DNA from: a virus
Lineage: Duplodnaviria; Caudoviricetes
Virus record (IMG/VR): IMGVR_UViG_3300037461_000119
Coordinates: 1-25,631 of that record
Direction: 5' to 3' (one strand)
Length of the DNA stretch: 25,631 nt
Shown here: positions 1 to 8,900 of the stretch, piece by piece
Layout of the letters: the number at the start of each line of letters is the position of its first letter
Position numbering within the stretch: the stretch's first letter is position 1
Position numbers and translations under genes: made by a program
The notes under the pieces: generated by a model
The model's input: the letters and a program-made list of their open reading frames with translations, nothing else
Told to the model about the DNA's origin: nothing
Database searches by the model: none

Positions 1-376
1 CCATCAGCGTCGGGTTCGACGTGCTGGTCGTCACGTCGTAGATGCCCTGATCGGTGACCGCGAACAGCCGGTCGCGGGCCAGCGTCGCGTCGCGGTTCAC
101 GTCGTTGAATGGCATGACCGTGCGCACTTCGGTCGAGGTCGAGTTGCCGATGAGGATGCACTTGTTGATCGTGCCCGGGCGCGATTCGAGCCCGTAGCGG
201 GTCGGCATCATGTTGTTGAGCCGCACACAGTCGTTCGGCGGCATGAGCGAGAGCCCATCCACCGTGTTCAGGCCGCCGAGCGGCGCGGGCAAGTGAAAGC
301 CCTGCGTCGCCTGCGGCGGTGCCCGCATCATGCCCGCGATGGTCTCGCGGCGGCTGACTGTGAACTGCTTTGCCAC
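1..376 (-). CDS. Tail tubular B / packaged-DNA stabilisation (P22 gp10-like) protein, 5' part; runs off the window
   Basis: Hand translation from GTG at 376 (1 nt after the upstream stop): MAKQFTVSRRE...HLPAPLGGLNTVDGLSLMPPNDCVRLNNMMPTRYGLESRPG. PAPxGGLN...MPP is typical of podoviral head-closure/tail tube proteins. Open to base 1 and absent from the ORF track. Confidence 0.7.
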   Translation of the reverse strand, partial: MAKQFTVSRRETIAGMMRAPPQATQGFHLPAPLGGLNTVDGLSLMPPNDCVRLNNMMPTRYGLESRPGTINKCILIGNSTSTEVRTVMPFNDVNRDATLARDRLFAVTDQGIYDVTTSTSNPTLM

Positions 377-377
377 G

Positions 378-1124
378 TTACGATCCGTACCCCGTCTGCG
401 GGATGTTCGCCACGCTGATGAGCGGCGCACCGAGCGCCTGATTGGCGCCGACCATCGACAGCTTCGGCTTCGACGTGTCGGTGCTGCTGCGGTTGTCGAG
501 CAGGAGGTTGAAGTCGTCGGTCGCCTCGGTCGCGTCGAAGCCCGTCGACTTGAGCCAGCGCATCTTGAGGTAGCGCGAGATGAGCAGTGGGTCGAACAGC
601 ACGATGTCACTCGCCTGACTCACGTTGTCACGGTACACGCCCGTCTGCCCGGCGTCGGTCACCCAGCCGCGCGAGATGTACTCGAACGTGAACTGGAACG
701 GCTCGGTCGGCACCGGCAGCACGCCGATGCCGCCCAACTGCTCCCGGTAGATGATGTTGATGGTGCCGACGATGGGCACGTTGACGAGGTACTCGTACAC
801 CTGCGGCGAGATGCTGCCGTAGCCCGGGATGAAGTTCTGGTCCTTCCGCCACACGGTCGAGGGCAGCATCGCGGAGAAGTCCGCAGGCAGCGGGTAATAC
901 TCGCTGCCCGGCACGCAGGAAATCTGCGCCTTGTTCTGGAGACGCGCCCACGGGTAGAGCGTGAGCAGCGCATTGCCGCTGATGTTCAGTTGCGTGATGA
1001 GACGCTGGTACTGCGCGTCGGTCGTCTGGAAGGGGTCGAGAACGGACGGCAGCCCGCAATCGACGCCCACTTCGACGATGATGTCGCCAGCGTTCTTGTA
1101 CCGATTGAGGGCTGCCAGTGCCAT
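378..1124 (-). CDS. Putative head-tail adaptor / tail tubular protein A (248 aa)
   Basis: Clean ORF with RBS-like GGGGAAG; YPLPADF motif and F(T/E)YIS..W motif; lies directly upstream of the gp10-like gene. Confidence 0.65.
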   Translation of the reverse strand: MALAALNRYKNAGDIIVEVGVDCGLPSVLDPFQTTDAQYQRLITQLNISGNALLTLYPWARLQNKAQISCVPGSEYYPLPADFSAMLPSTVWRKDQNFIPGYGSISPQVYEYLVNVPIVGTINIIYREQLGGIGVLPVPTEPFQFTFEYISRGWVTDAGQTGVYRDNVSQASDIVLFDPLLISRYLKMRWLKSTGFDATEATDDFNLLLDNRSSTDTSKPKLSMVGANQALGAPLISVANIPQTGYGS

Positions 1125-1127
1125 CGC

Positions 1128-1706
1128 TTACTTCCCCTTCTTTTCCTGTTGCGCTTCCAGCGCATCGAGTCGCTTGGTGAGCGCCGTGATGGTCTGGTCC
1201 TTCACTTCGCCCTCGGCCTTGAGCTTGTCGAGTTGCGCGTGTACGGCGAGGATCGGCGCGTCGCGTTCGGCCTGCTCGATGAACGACTGCGCCTTGCGGC
1301 GAAGATCGTAGAAGCCAACCTGCTTCTGGCAGAGCGTGTCCGGCGCCGCGGCCAACTGCTCCAGTGTCTTGACGCCGAAGTAGGCAAGCTCCTCGGCCTG
1401 CGCACGACTGAGCCACGTCACTTCGCTGATGAAGGTGCCCGTCAGCCCCTCGGTCGAAGCGTTCTGCTTCCACTTCGCGTACTGCATCGGGTACTTCGCC
1501 TTGGTGATGTCGGTCACCGGCTGGTTGACGGTGTCGCGCGAGCCGGGCACCACGGTCTCGTAATACTCGCGCTCGTACCACGACTTCTTGCCGGTCAGCG
1601 GATCGGTGCGCTCGCAGGGCTTCATGTAGAAGCGCACCAGCGCCTTGTCGTCCTGCTGCACCTGCCCGGTGAAGTCATTCACGTCGAAATCTGCAACGGC
1701 TCTCAT
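1128..1706 (-). CDS. Phage hypothetical protein (192 aa) with C-terminal coiled coil
   Basis: Start moved to ATG 1706 (MRAVADF...) behind GAGGAG; FGVKTLEQLA motif; in structural operon. Confidence 0.75.
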   Translation of the reverse strand: MRAVADFDVNDFTGQVQQDDKALVRFYMKPCERTDPLTGKKSWYEREYYETVVPGSRDTVNQPVTDITKAKYPMQYAKWKQNASTEGLTGTFISEVTWLSRAQAEELAYFGVKTLEQLAAAPDTLCQKQVGFYDLRRKAQSFIEQAERDAPILAVHAQLDKLKAEGEVKDQTITALTKRLDALEAQQEKKGK

Positions 1707-1716
1707 TCGGTTCTCC

Positions 1717-1971
1717 TCAGACTTGGACAAAGTACCCGTAAGTGATTGCAACTTTGAAATCATTTGCCGGGTTTCCCTGCAAGGCGTCGATGCGCAGCAC
1801 GCTCGGGTCGTCGACCTGAGTAGGCAGCGCAGCGAGCCACGCATTCATCGCAGTTTCCAGTGCGGCAGCGGTGTTGGCGGTGAACACCTTCACGCGCGTC
1901 TCCCACTCCCACTGAGCGCCTGCGGGCGCGTAGGGCTTCTCAACCGTGGTCGGTATGGTGAAGCGGGTCAC
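1717..1971 (-). CDS. Hypothetical virion-module protein (84 aa, MTRFTIPTT...YGYFVQV)
   Basis: GTG 1971 overlaps the upstream TGA (GTGA), GGAG RBS, fills the gap between neighbours. Confidence 0.7.
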   Translation of the reverse strand: MTRFTIPTTVEKPYAPAGAQWEWETRVKVFTANTAAALETAMNAWLAALPTQVDDPSVLRIDALQGNPANDFKVAITYGYFVQV

Positions 1972-2828
1972 AGCGGCTCCAGAATCATCTGCACCGCCTG
2001 ACCGACCTTGGTAGACAGGAAGTAGGCGAGTTGATCCGTTGCCAGCCGGTAATAGGTACCGTTCCACGTCAGCGTGTACGGCGAGCCAGCCGCCCCGGCC
2101 ACGGTGAGCTTGATCTGCCCTGTGCCGACATCGGGGAACACGGTCGCCCCGGTGTTGGTGAGCAGAATCTCGTCGAGCCCGTTCCACCCGGCAATCAGCA
2201 CGACCACCGTGCCGCCGAAGATCGCGGTCGGGCTCATCGCGCCGTAGCCTGCAAGCGAGTTGAATCCGAAATAGTCAGGCGTCGCGTCCTGCCCGACGGT
2301 GACGCTTGCCGTGATCGACTGCGCTACGACCTGAATGTCCACGTTCACCGTGGTCGTGCCGTTGGCGTTGGTCGCGGAGAGCGTGAACCGCTGGTCGGCG
2401 GTGAGGTTGGTGATGACCGCCTGCCCGCTCTCGGGCTTCGCGCCGGTCCACTGCGCATTCGCGGGCGTGGCGCTTGCGGTGATCGTGACCGCGCCCTGCA
2501 CAACCCACGTCAGTCCCACCGAGCCGCCCGAGTCGATGGTCAACTGGTCGGCAGAGAAGTCGATGGCGGGCGGCGAGGCCGCGAGCCCGTTCCAGTACCA
2601 GAACTCGCGCTCGTTGAGCGTGGGCTGGTTGTAACCAAGACTCGCAAGGTACGCCATCCAACGGTCGTTGAGCGCCCCGCTGGAGAACCCCTTCGATGCG
2701 AGGAACTGCATCGCGAGGTCGTTCAGCGAACCGCTCGTTGCGCCGTTGGCAAGAAAGAAGGCCCGCAGTCCATCGTTGACTGTCGGGCCTCCCGTGGCCT
2801 TGAGGATCGCGCCATTCAGCGTGTACAC
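1968..2828 (-). CDS. Putative virion surface protein (286 aa) with N-terminal 18-aa repeats and an Ig-like domain
   Basis: GTG start with GGGGAAG RBS; beta-rich Ig/PKD-like segment (LTWVV...FTLSATNANGTTTVNVDIQV); position among structural genes. Confidence 0.65.
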   Translation of the reverse strand: MYTLNGAILKATGGPTVNDGLRAFFLANGATSGSLNDLAMQFLASKGFSSGALNDRWMAYLASLGYNQPTLNEREFWYWNGLAASPPAIDFSADQLTIDSGGSVGLTWVVQGAVTITASATPANAQWTGAKPESGQAVITNLTADQRFTLSATNANGTTTVNVDIQVVAQSITASVTVGQDATPDYFGFNSLAGYGAMSPTAIFGGTVVVLIAGWNGLDEILLTNTGATVFPDVGTGQIKLTVAGAAGSPYTLTWNGTYYRLATDQLAYFLSTKVGQAVQMILEPL

Positions 2829-2829
2829 G
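2820..2829. repeat. CGTGTACACG palindrome, site 1 (covers the GTG start of the 286-aa gene)
   Basis: Exact 10-mer; extends to 14-bp palindrome AGCGTGTACACGCT (2818-2831). Confidence 0.8.
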
Positions 2830-2838
2830 CTTCCCCCG

Positions 2839-3003
2839 TCAGAACGGGTGACTCATCGAGCCTTCGCCGGGTGCGTACTGCACCGGCTCGGGCGCCTTCT
2901 CCTCGTCGACCGGAGTTTCGAGGACGACTTCCTCGGCCGGGGTCTCCTCGACCTCGACCGGCGACTCGTCCTCGATCTGCGGCTTGCGCTTGATGATGCC
3001 CAT
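2839..3003 (-). CDS. Small acidic hypothetical protein (54 aa, MGIIKRKPQIEDESPVEVEE...SHPF)
   Basis: Hand translated; ATG 1 nt after the upstream stop, GC3-rich codons, fills the gap. Below the ORF-track length cutoff. Confidence 0.65.
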   Translation of the reverse strand: MGIIKRKPQIEDESPVEVEETPAEEVVLETPVDEEKAPEPVQYAPGEGSMSHPF

Positions 3004-3004
3004 G

Positions 3005-3628
3005 TCAGGTCACCGCAGGCGAGGCCGCCGTGGCAGAGCCGAAGGCGCTCTCCCCCGTGACCAGCGCCCGGCTCGTGCGGTTCACGAAGCCGGTCTCGAT
3101 GACCGCACCCGTGGCAACTGCACCCGCCGCCGTGACCATCTTCGAGCCGAAGCCCGTGAAGGCCGGACCCGCGCCCGCATCACGCGAGCCGCCGTTGCCG
3201 AAGCCGAGAAGCGGCTGCGCAACGTAAGGCACGGTCGGCGCGATGCCGTCCGCCGCTGCACCGGACTTGCCGCCGCCGATGGCGGTAAGCACCGCCGTAG
3301 TCGCGGCCACGCCCGAGGGCAGCGTGACGCCCGGGGTGTAGTCGTCGGTGAAGCCAGCATCCTTGATCGACTGCGGCGCCGTCGGGTTGACGACGTTCAG
3401 CGAACCGATGCCGAAGCCGATGCCGGTGTTGAGCGCACCCGTCGAAGTGTTCGTCGGGTCGTTCGCGTAGACCGGCACGTTGTCGTTGTCCACCGGCCAA
3501 CTCGAAATGACGCGAGCGTCGAAGGGCGAGTTGGTCGGGCCAGAGAAAGGCGACATCAGCACCGCCTTCGCGCCCGCGCTCAGGGCGTTGGCGTTACCGG
3601 CCGTCTGTGCCATTCCATTTGCAGGCAT
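3005..3628 (-). CDS. Putative capsid decoration / minor structural protein (207 aa, Gly/Ala/Thr-rich)
   Basis: ATG 3628 behind GAGGAG; directly downstream of the major capsid gene; composition typical of decoration proteins. Confidence 0.6.
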   Translation of the reverse strand: MPANGMAQTAGNANALSAGAKAVLMSPFSGPTNSPFDARVISSWPVDNDNVPVYANDPTNTSTGALNTGIGFGIGSLNVVNPTAPQSIKDAGFTDDYTPGVTLPSGVAATTAVLTAIGGGKSGAAADGIAPTVPYVAQPLLGFGNGGSRDAGAGPAFTGFGSKMVTAAGAVATGAVIETGFVNRTSRALVTGESAFGSATAASPAVT

Positions 3629-3647
3629 GAACTGTCTCCTCGTCAGG

Positions 3648-3673
3648 GGTGGCGGCCCCGAAGGGCCGCCACC
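3648..3673 (-). terminator. 11-bp GC hairpin with cUUCGg tetraloop after the major capsid gene (no U-tract; weak terminator or mRNA stabiliser)
   Basis: Minus strand GGTGGCGGCCC-TTCG-GGGCCGCCACC, a perfect stem. Confidence 0.55.
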
Positions 3674-3694
3674 GTGTTGCAACCGTGAACTCGC

Positions 3695-4657
3695 TTACGG
3701 GTTCACGTCGAGTCGGCCTTGGAACTGACGCCCGGAGGTCGTCAGGTTCCCGGCCCACGCGAGGATCTGCACTTCCGCGTCTTGGTTGATCGCGTACCGC
3801 TTGTTGGGGCTCAGGCTCGTGAAGTTACGAGCCGAGTGCGGCCGGTAGTGCAGGTACTTGGTGTTGAGGAAGAACGCCGTGCCCGCCGGGCAGAAGCCGC
3901 CGATGCCGCCGTCGAGAACGACATCCGCGTCCATGTACTTGATGGTCGGGAAGCCGAACTCGCCCACCTTCGCGTCGGTGAAACGCTGGTTGGCCTGCAA
4001 CGCCGCGACGTAGGCACCCCACACGGTCGAGTCGACCATGATGAGGTCCGGGCGGTCCATGCCGCGGATGAGCTTCGACCAGAGCAGGTTCATGTCGGCC
4101 AGCAACGTCGTGGTGTTGGCGCTGTTCTGGAACTGGTTGCGCCAGAAAAGCCACGTCTGCTGGTTGATGCCGCCGTAGGTGGCGTTGGTCGTCGGGTCGA
4201 GCGGCACCGCAGCGCCGAGGCCCGTGATTTCCTTGCCACCGCTGCCGGTGCCGTCGGAGTACAGGCCGCCCGCGATGAGGTTCGCCATCGTGGCCTCGGC
4301 CACGTTGATGCGAGCTTCGAGCAGGTCGATCATCTGCTCCTTGCTGGCGTTCTGGAGCAGTTCGAGGCCGCTGATCGTGACCGGGCAGGCCGCCTGCTTG
4401 ATGTCGTACTGCGCGGCGCTGATGACATCCTGCGCGGCGACCGGCAGGAGGTCGTAGCCCGAGTACCAACCGGCGTTCGCGTTCTGCGCGAAGCTCAGTT
4501 CCTCGTAGATGATGCGGCCGCCCGAGAACGGACGCGCATTGCCACGCTGCGAGAGCCGCGTGAGGATGGCGTTGTTCTTGGTGACGTTGTCCGCGATGCG
4601 ACGCGAACGGTTTTCGATGGTGGTCGCGACGATGTCGCTGACATTGGGGAAACTCAT
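3695..4657 (-). CDS. Major capsid protein (320 aa)
   Basis: SDIVATTIENRSRRIADNVTKNNAIL N-terminus, YSDGTG..GKEI.GL and NQDA..Q...WAGNLT motifs typical of podoviral coat proteins; follows scaffold. Confidence 0.9.
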   Translation of the reverse strand: MSFPNVSDIVATTIENRSRRIADNVTKNNAILTRLSQRGNARPFSGGRIIYEELSFAQNANAGWYSGYDLLPVAAQDVISAAQYDIKQAACPVTISGLELLQNASKEQMIDLLEARINVAEATMANLIAGGLYSDGTGSGGKEITGLGAAVPLDPTTNATYGGINQQTWLFWRNQFQNSANTTTLLADMNLLWSKLIRGMDRPDLIMVDSTVWGAYVAALQANQRFTDAKVGEFGFPTIKYMDADVVLDGGIGGFCPAGTAFFLNTKYLHYRPHSARNFTSLSPNKRYAINQDAEVQILAWAGNLTTSGRQFQGRLDVNP

Positions 4658-4660
4658 GGC

Positions 4661-4784
4661 TGAAAGCCCTCGTGGTTAATCATTGGACCGAAGTTCTAGC
4701 ACTGCTTGCTCGTGGGACCCGGAGGGTCTCGAACGCGCCCTGTGCCGAGGGCTTCGGTCCAGTGATGGGCCACGCTGGGCTTCA
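4661..4784 (-). promoter_or_regulatory. Structured RNA leader covering the whole scaffold-capsid intergenic region
   Basis: Nested inverted repeats 4661-4675/4770-4784 and 4679-4693/4752-4766 (14 of 15 pairs); the outer stem includes the capsid RBS GAGG and the scaffold stop codon. Confidence 0.65.
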
Positions 4785-5966
4785 CCGACCGCGAGTTTCG
4801 GTAGCGCCCCAAGCCGCCTCGATGTCACCGCGAAGGTTCCCCGGCTGGCTGGCTCCCTGCATGGGAGTGTTCGACGGGGTGGACCTGACCGACGAGGAAG
4901 CGAGCTTGGCACGCTCGATGGGCGACTGTCCGCTTCGAGCAGCACCGGCAGCTTCCCGCTGCGCGATGATCCGAGAAATCTCGGGGTTCATCCTACAGGC
5001 GCGTTCATACGCCTGCTCCATCGTCATGTCAAGACCGCGGCGGGCGGCGAGTTCGAGGATGTCGGCCATGTCCTCGCGCACGTCGGCAAAGAAATCCTTG
5101 CCCTTGCCGAAGTTCTGGACCTCGCGCACGGCGTCGTCGCGGATGCGCTGCACCTGCTGCGCTTCGCGCTGCTGGAGCGCCCCGAGAAGCTGGTCGACGC
5201 GCGGGTCCTGAAACTGCTGCTGCGGCACCTGCTGCGGCTGGCCGCCCTGCCCGCCCATGCTGTTCACGAGCGCCGCATCGAGCGCGGCCACGTCCACGCC
5301 GTAGGACTGGATCAGCCCGACGATGGTGCTGGCCCGCTCCTGCGGCGTGCCGAAGCGCAGGCGCCCGACCATGTTCATCAGGTTGCCGGTCGCGGTGACG
5401 ATGTCGACGCCCTCGGCCTGCAACGCCGGGGCGAACTGCTGCTGCATCTGGTGCAGCGTCTCGGCCACCTGCCTCGCGCCCGCGGTCTGCTGGGCGAAGC
5501 GGGCGACCTCGGACTCGCGCCGCATGACCTCCTGCTGCACGTCCGGCGGCAGGGCGCCCCAATGCTCGCGGGCGCCCGGGCGCCAGCTACGCGGGGCCTG
5601 CAACGGCGCACGGGCCTCGCCCTCGGGCTTCTGCGGCTCGGGGCTGCCGTCGGCTGGCTTCGGGGGCCGCGCCTCGCCACGGGCCTGTGCGTCGGCCTCG
5701 GCTGCCGTCTTGGCGACTTTGCCGCCCTCGGCAAAGCGCCCACGCTCGTCCCTGACACGCTCGGCGGTCTGGGCCGGGGTCTCGCCCGCCTTGGGCTCGC
5801 CGCTCGGCGCAGCGGGCGCCTCGTGCTGCTGGAAGGCGCTCTCCAGCGTCGAGCGAAGGTCCTCGCTCGGGGTCGGTGGCGGCTCGCCGCCTGCACCGCC
5901 GCTCAGGGCGCCGTCCTCGGGAGCCGCCTGCATCAGGCGGCGCGTGTACACGTTGAACAGGTTCAT
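4782..5966 (-). CDS. Capsid scaffolding protein (394 aa)
   Basis: Disordered P/E/A-rich N-terminus with RDERGRFA, APRSW...W..LP..VQ.E..RRE motif and helical C-terminus; immediately upstream of the capsid gene; GAGGAG RBS. Confidence 0.8.
   Translation of the reverse strand: MNLFNVYTRRLMQAAPEDGALSGGAGGEPPPTPSEDLRSTLESAFQQHEAPAAPSGEPKAGETPAQTAERVRDERGRFAEGGKVAKTAAEADAQARGEARPPKPADGSPEPQKPEGEARAPLQAPRSWRPGAREHWGALPPDVQQEVMRRESEVARFAQQTAGARQVAETLHQMQQQFAPALQAEGVDIVTATGNLMNMVGRLRFGTPQERASTIVGLIQSYGVDVAALDAALVNSMGGQGGQPQQVPQQQFQDPRVDQLLGALQQREAQQVQRIRDDAVREVQNFGKGKDFFADVREDMADILELAARRGLDMTMEQAYERACRMNPEISRIIAQREAAGAARSGQSPIERAKLASSSVRSTPSNTPMQGASQPGNLRGDIEAAWGATETRGR
5943..5952. repeat. CGTGTACACG palindrome, site 2 (codons 5-8 of scaffold)
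   Basis: Exact 10-mer. Confidence 0.8.
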
Positions 5967-5983
5967 CTGGTTCTCCTCGGTCG

Positions 5984-8900
5984 TCAGTACGGAAGCATGA
6001 AGCCGCGCTTGGCCGCCTGTGCCAGCGCGGGGTCAATCTCGATGGCCTTCTGCCGGGGCGGGATGTAGGTCACGCCCGAGCCTTCGGTGTTCGCTTCGGC
6101 CATCAGTCGGTCGAACTCGTCTTTGCTGGTCGCGACGGTGTAGTCCTTGGTGCCGTCGGGGTTCAGGGTCTCGAAGGTCGGGCGCCCGAACTGGCCGACG
6201 ATGTCGCGAATCTCGGCCTTGCTGCCCGCCGCACGCAGCACTTCGGCCAGCGCCTTCATCATGCGCCGGTCGTAGACATCCTTGAAGCCGAACTCGCGCG
6301 GGGTGTAGTCGCCCGAGCCCTCCTTGCCCATCTTCTGCAAGAGCATATTGGCCCGCTTCATCTTCTGCTCGTCGGGCTTGGCGTACTCGTGCATTCCGTA
6401 GGACAGTCGGCGGTCGACGACTTCCTTCATGCGCTGCGCCGCCTCGGGGTCCTCAAGGTTGATGCGGGCGATTTCATCGTCCTCGAAGCCGGTCGGGTTC
6501 GCCTGCAACTGGCGCACCCGCTCGTCGATGGGTCCGCGTCCCTCGTTGCCGTACTCCTTGGCGGTGAGGATGCGCACGACCGGGTTGTCGGGATCGGTGG
6601 CCCACTGCACGGACTCGCTGCCGTAGCGCCGCGCGTGCGTCTCGCCCGGGCTGAACGCGAGGTACTGCTGCCCTTGCTGCACGGCGCGTCGCACGGCGTC
6701 GATGAGCGCGAGCTTGGTGTACTGCTCGGTCTCCATGAACGGTCCCTCGGGGACCATCTTGTTGAACGGCGACTCGGTCTCGCGGCTCAGGTTGCCGAGC
6801 GCATCGCGAATCTCCACCGCGCGGGATTCGAGCGGCGATGCGCTCGGCGCTCGGTAGTACAACTCGTTGAACAGTTCGTAGGCGGCCTGCTGTCGCGCCT
6901 CGAAGTTCGTCGGGTCGGTCGCTTGGAACTGTTCGAGCAGGTTGATGACGTGCTGCTCGCCCGGGGCGCGGTCGCTCGGCGGCAGGTTGCGAATCTGCTG
7001 GATGTAGTCGTCGAACGCGGGCTCGGTGAGCGCCGTCGTGACGCCCGAGAGCGCCTCGTTCTGGAATGCGGCGTTGCGTGCCTCGGTGTCGAGGCGAAGT
7101 TGCTGCGCGTTCTCGGGATCGAGGAAGCCAATCTTGCGGCCGCGCTGGTACGGATCGCTCTGCGCCTCCTCGATCATGCGCATCGGGTTGGGGTTGCCGT
7201 AGGCATCGGTCTGCACGCTGCCCCACTCGGGCGCGGGTCGGTCGGTCTCGCGGACGTGCAGCATATTCTCGCCGTAGTGCGTCGTGCCGCGCTGCGTGAA
7301 CGGCTCGCGTGCCTGCCCGATGTCGGGCAGCGCCTCGCGCTGCTGGATGCGCTCACGCTCGCGTGCGGCGAGCTTCGGATCGAGCTTGCGGTTCGGGTCG
7401 ATGGCGCCTTCCGGCCCGGCGATGCCCTGCTGGCTCATCTCGTCGAGCGCGGCAAGCTCGGCCTGCGGATCGGTGCCGCGGCCGAAGCGCCCCTCGCGCA
7501 GCACGTTGGCGAGCGTCACGCCGTAGTTCTGGCCTGCACCGCCCAGCACGTCGCGGCCTTCGCTGCGCGTGCCGCCGATGGTGTAGTCGCCGTAGGCGGG
7601 CACCGGCTTCGAGGGGCGCTGCGAGAGCCATGAGAGCGTGTCGGGGTCGACGCCCTGCTGCTGATACCAGCGGCGCTCCTCGCGGCGCTGCTGCTCGGCG
7701 CTCGGGGCATAGTCCCCGAAGTCGCTGGCGTTCTCGTGCGCCTGCTCCTCCCAATAGTCGCGCAGGCTGTCGTAGTTGAGCGGCTCGGAGTCGTAGTCGG
7801 TGACACTCTCGACGCTGTACTCGTCGCCGTCGTTCACCGAGTCATGCGCCGCACGCTCGGCCCACGCCTGCCGTGCGTTGTCGTCCATCTCGGCAAGCGT
7901 TTCCTCGTCGAAGTGTTCCTCGATGTTTTCGAGGTAATACTCGGTCTCGCTCTCGACGGCATCGTCCTTCAACTGCTCGATGTAACGCTCGGCGTCGCGC
8001 TCGTTGTCGAAGGTTTCAATCTCGTCACGGTAGCGGCCGCTGCCACGGTAGACGGTGTAGGTCTCGGGGTATTCGAGGTCGCTGTCCTCGTACACACGAT
8101 TGCTGACCCACTCGTTCACCTGATCTTCGAGGCTGCCGTCCTCGTCCATCGCCTCGCGCAAGGTCTGCTTGCCCGCGTAGGGGTTCTGCCAGCGCGGCAC
8201 GTCCTTCGCCTCGGGCGGCATCACGACCGGCTCGGGGCGCCCGCCCTTGGTCTCGAACCCCATCTGCGGCGCGTTACGCTCCGCGAGCAGGCGCACGTCG
8301 GCCGCACTCAGGACCTCGTCGGTGTCGAGGATGCGGTCGAGGCCCATCCAGCGAAGCTCGTCGGGCTTGGCACCGCTGCGCACGAGCGCCTGCCGCATCT
8401 GCCTGCCCGGGACCCGTTGCTCCTGCTTCTTGAGCTTGCCGAACGCTTCGAGCGTGGGCGAGCGGAAGCCGAAGTCGCCCTCCACTGCGTTGAGGTCCTC
8501 CAACGTGTACGCGCCACGCTGCCCGATGGGCACGCCCGCGAGCGCCTCGCCCATCGGCACCGCGGTCTCGGCGCCGCGCCGTGCGACGCTCTGTGCGCCG
8601 CGCAGGGCGGCAATCTTGGCCGCGGCCGGGGCCAGCATCTCGGGATCGAGGACGTTCAGGCCCGTGTACACGGCCGCGCCCACCGCAGGCGAGCCGGTCA
8701 CGTCGGCGGCCTTCTGGCCGACCGCCTGCATCCCGCGGTCGATGGGCTCCATGACCGTGCCGAGCCCGCGTGCGAACTCCTGCCCGCCCTTGCTGCGCGG
8801 CATGAACGTGAACCGCTCGGCGTTCTCACCGATGGTGTCACTCGCGGCGTCGAAGTCGATCTTCTCGCCCTTGAGCTTCTGACGGGCCATGCCCGCGAGC

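Noticed and set aside
1359-1366. CACTGGAG copy inside the 192-aa gene as an sRNA target
   Set aside because: Mid-CDS (TLEQ codons), not at a start; a single 8-mer can occur by chance.
330-1745. Long plus-strand ORFs opposite the structural genes (e.g. 330-1745, 4683-6068, 9938-11836) and same-strand alternate-frame ORFs (e.g. 9588-11684)
   Set aside because: Shadow ORFs expected at high GC: Arg/Ala/Gly-rich, no RBS, and fully overlapping genes with recognisable motifs.
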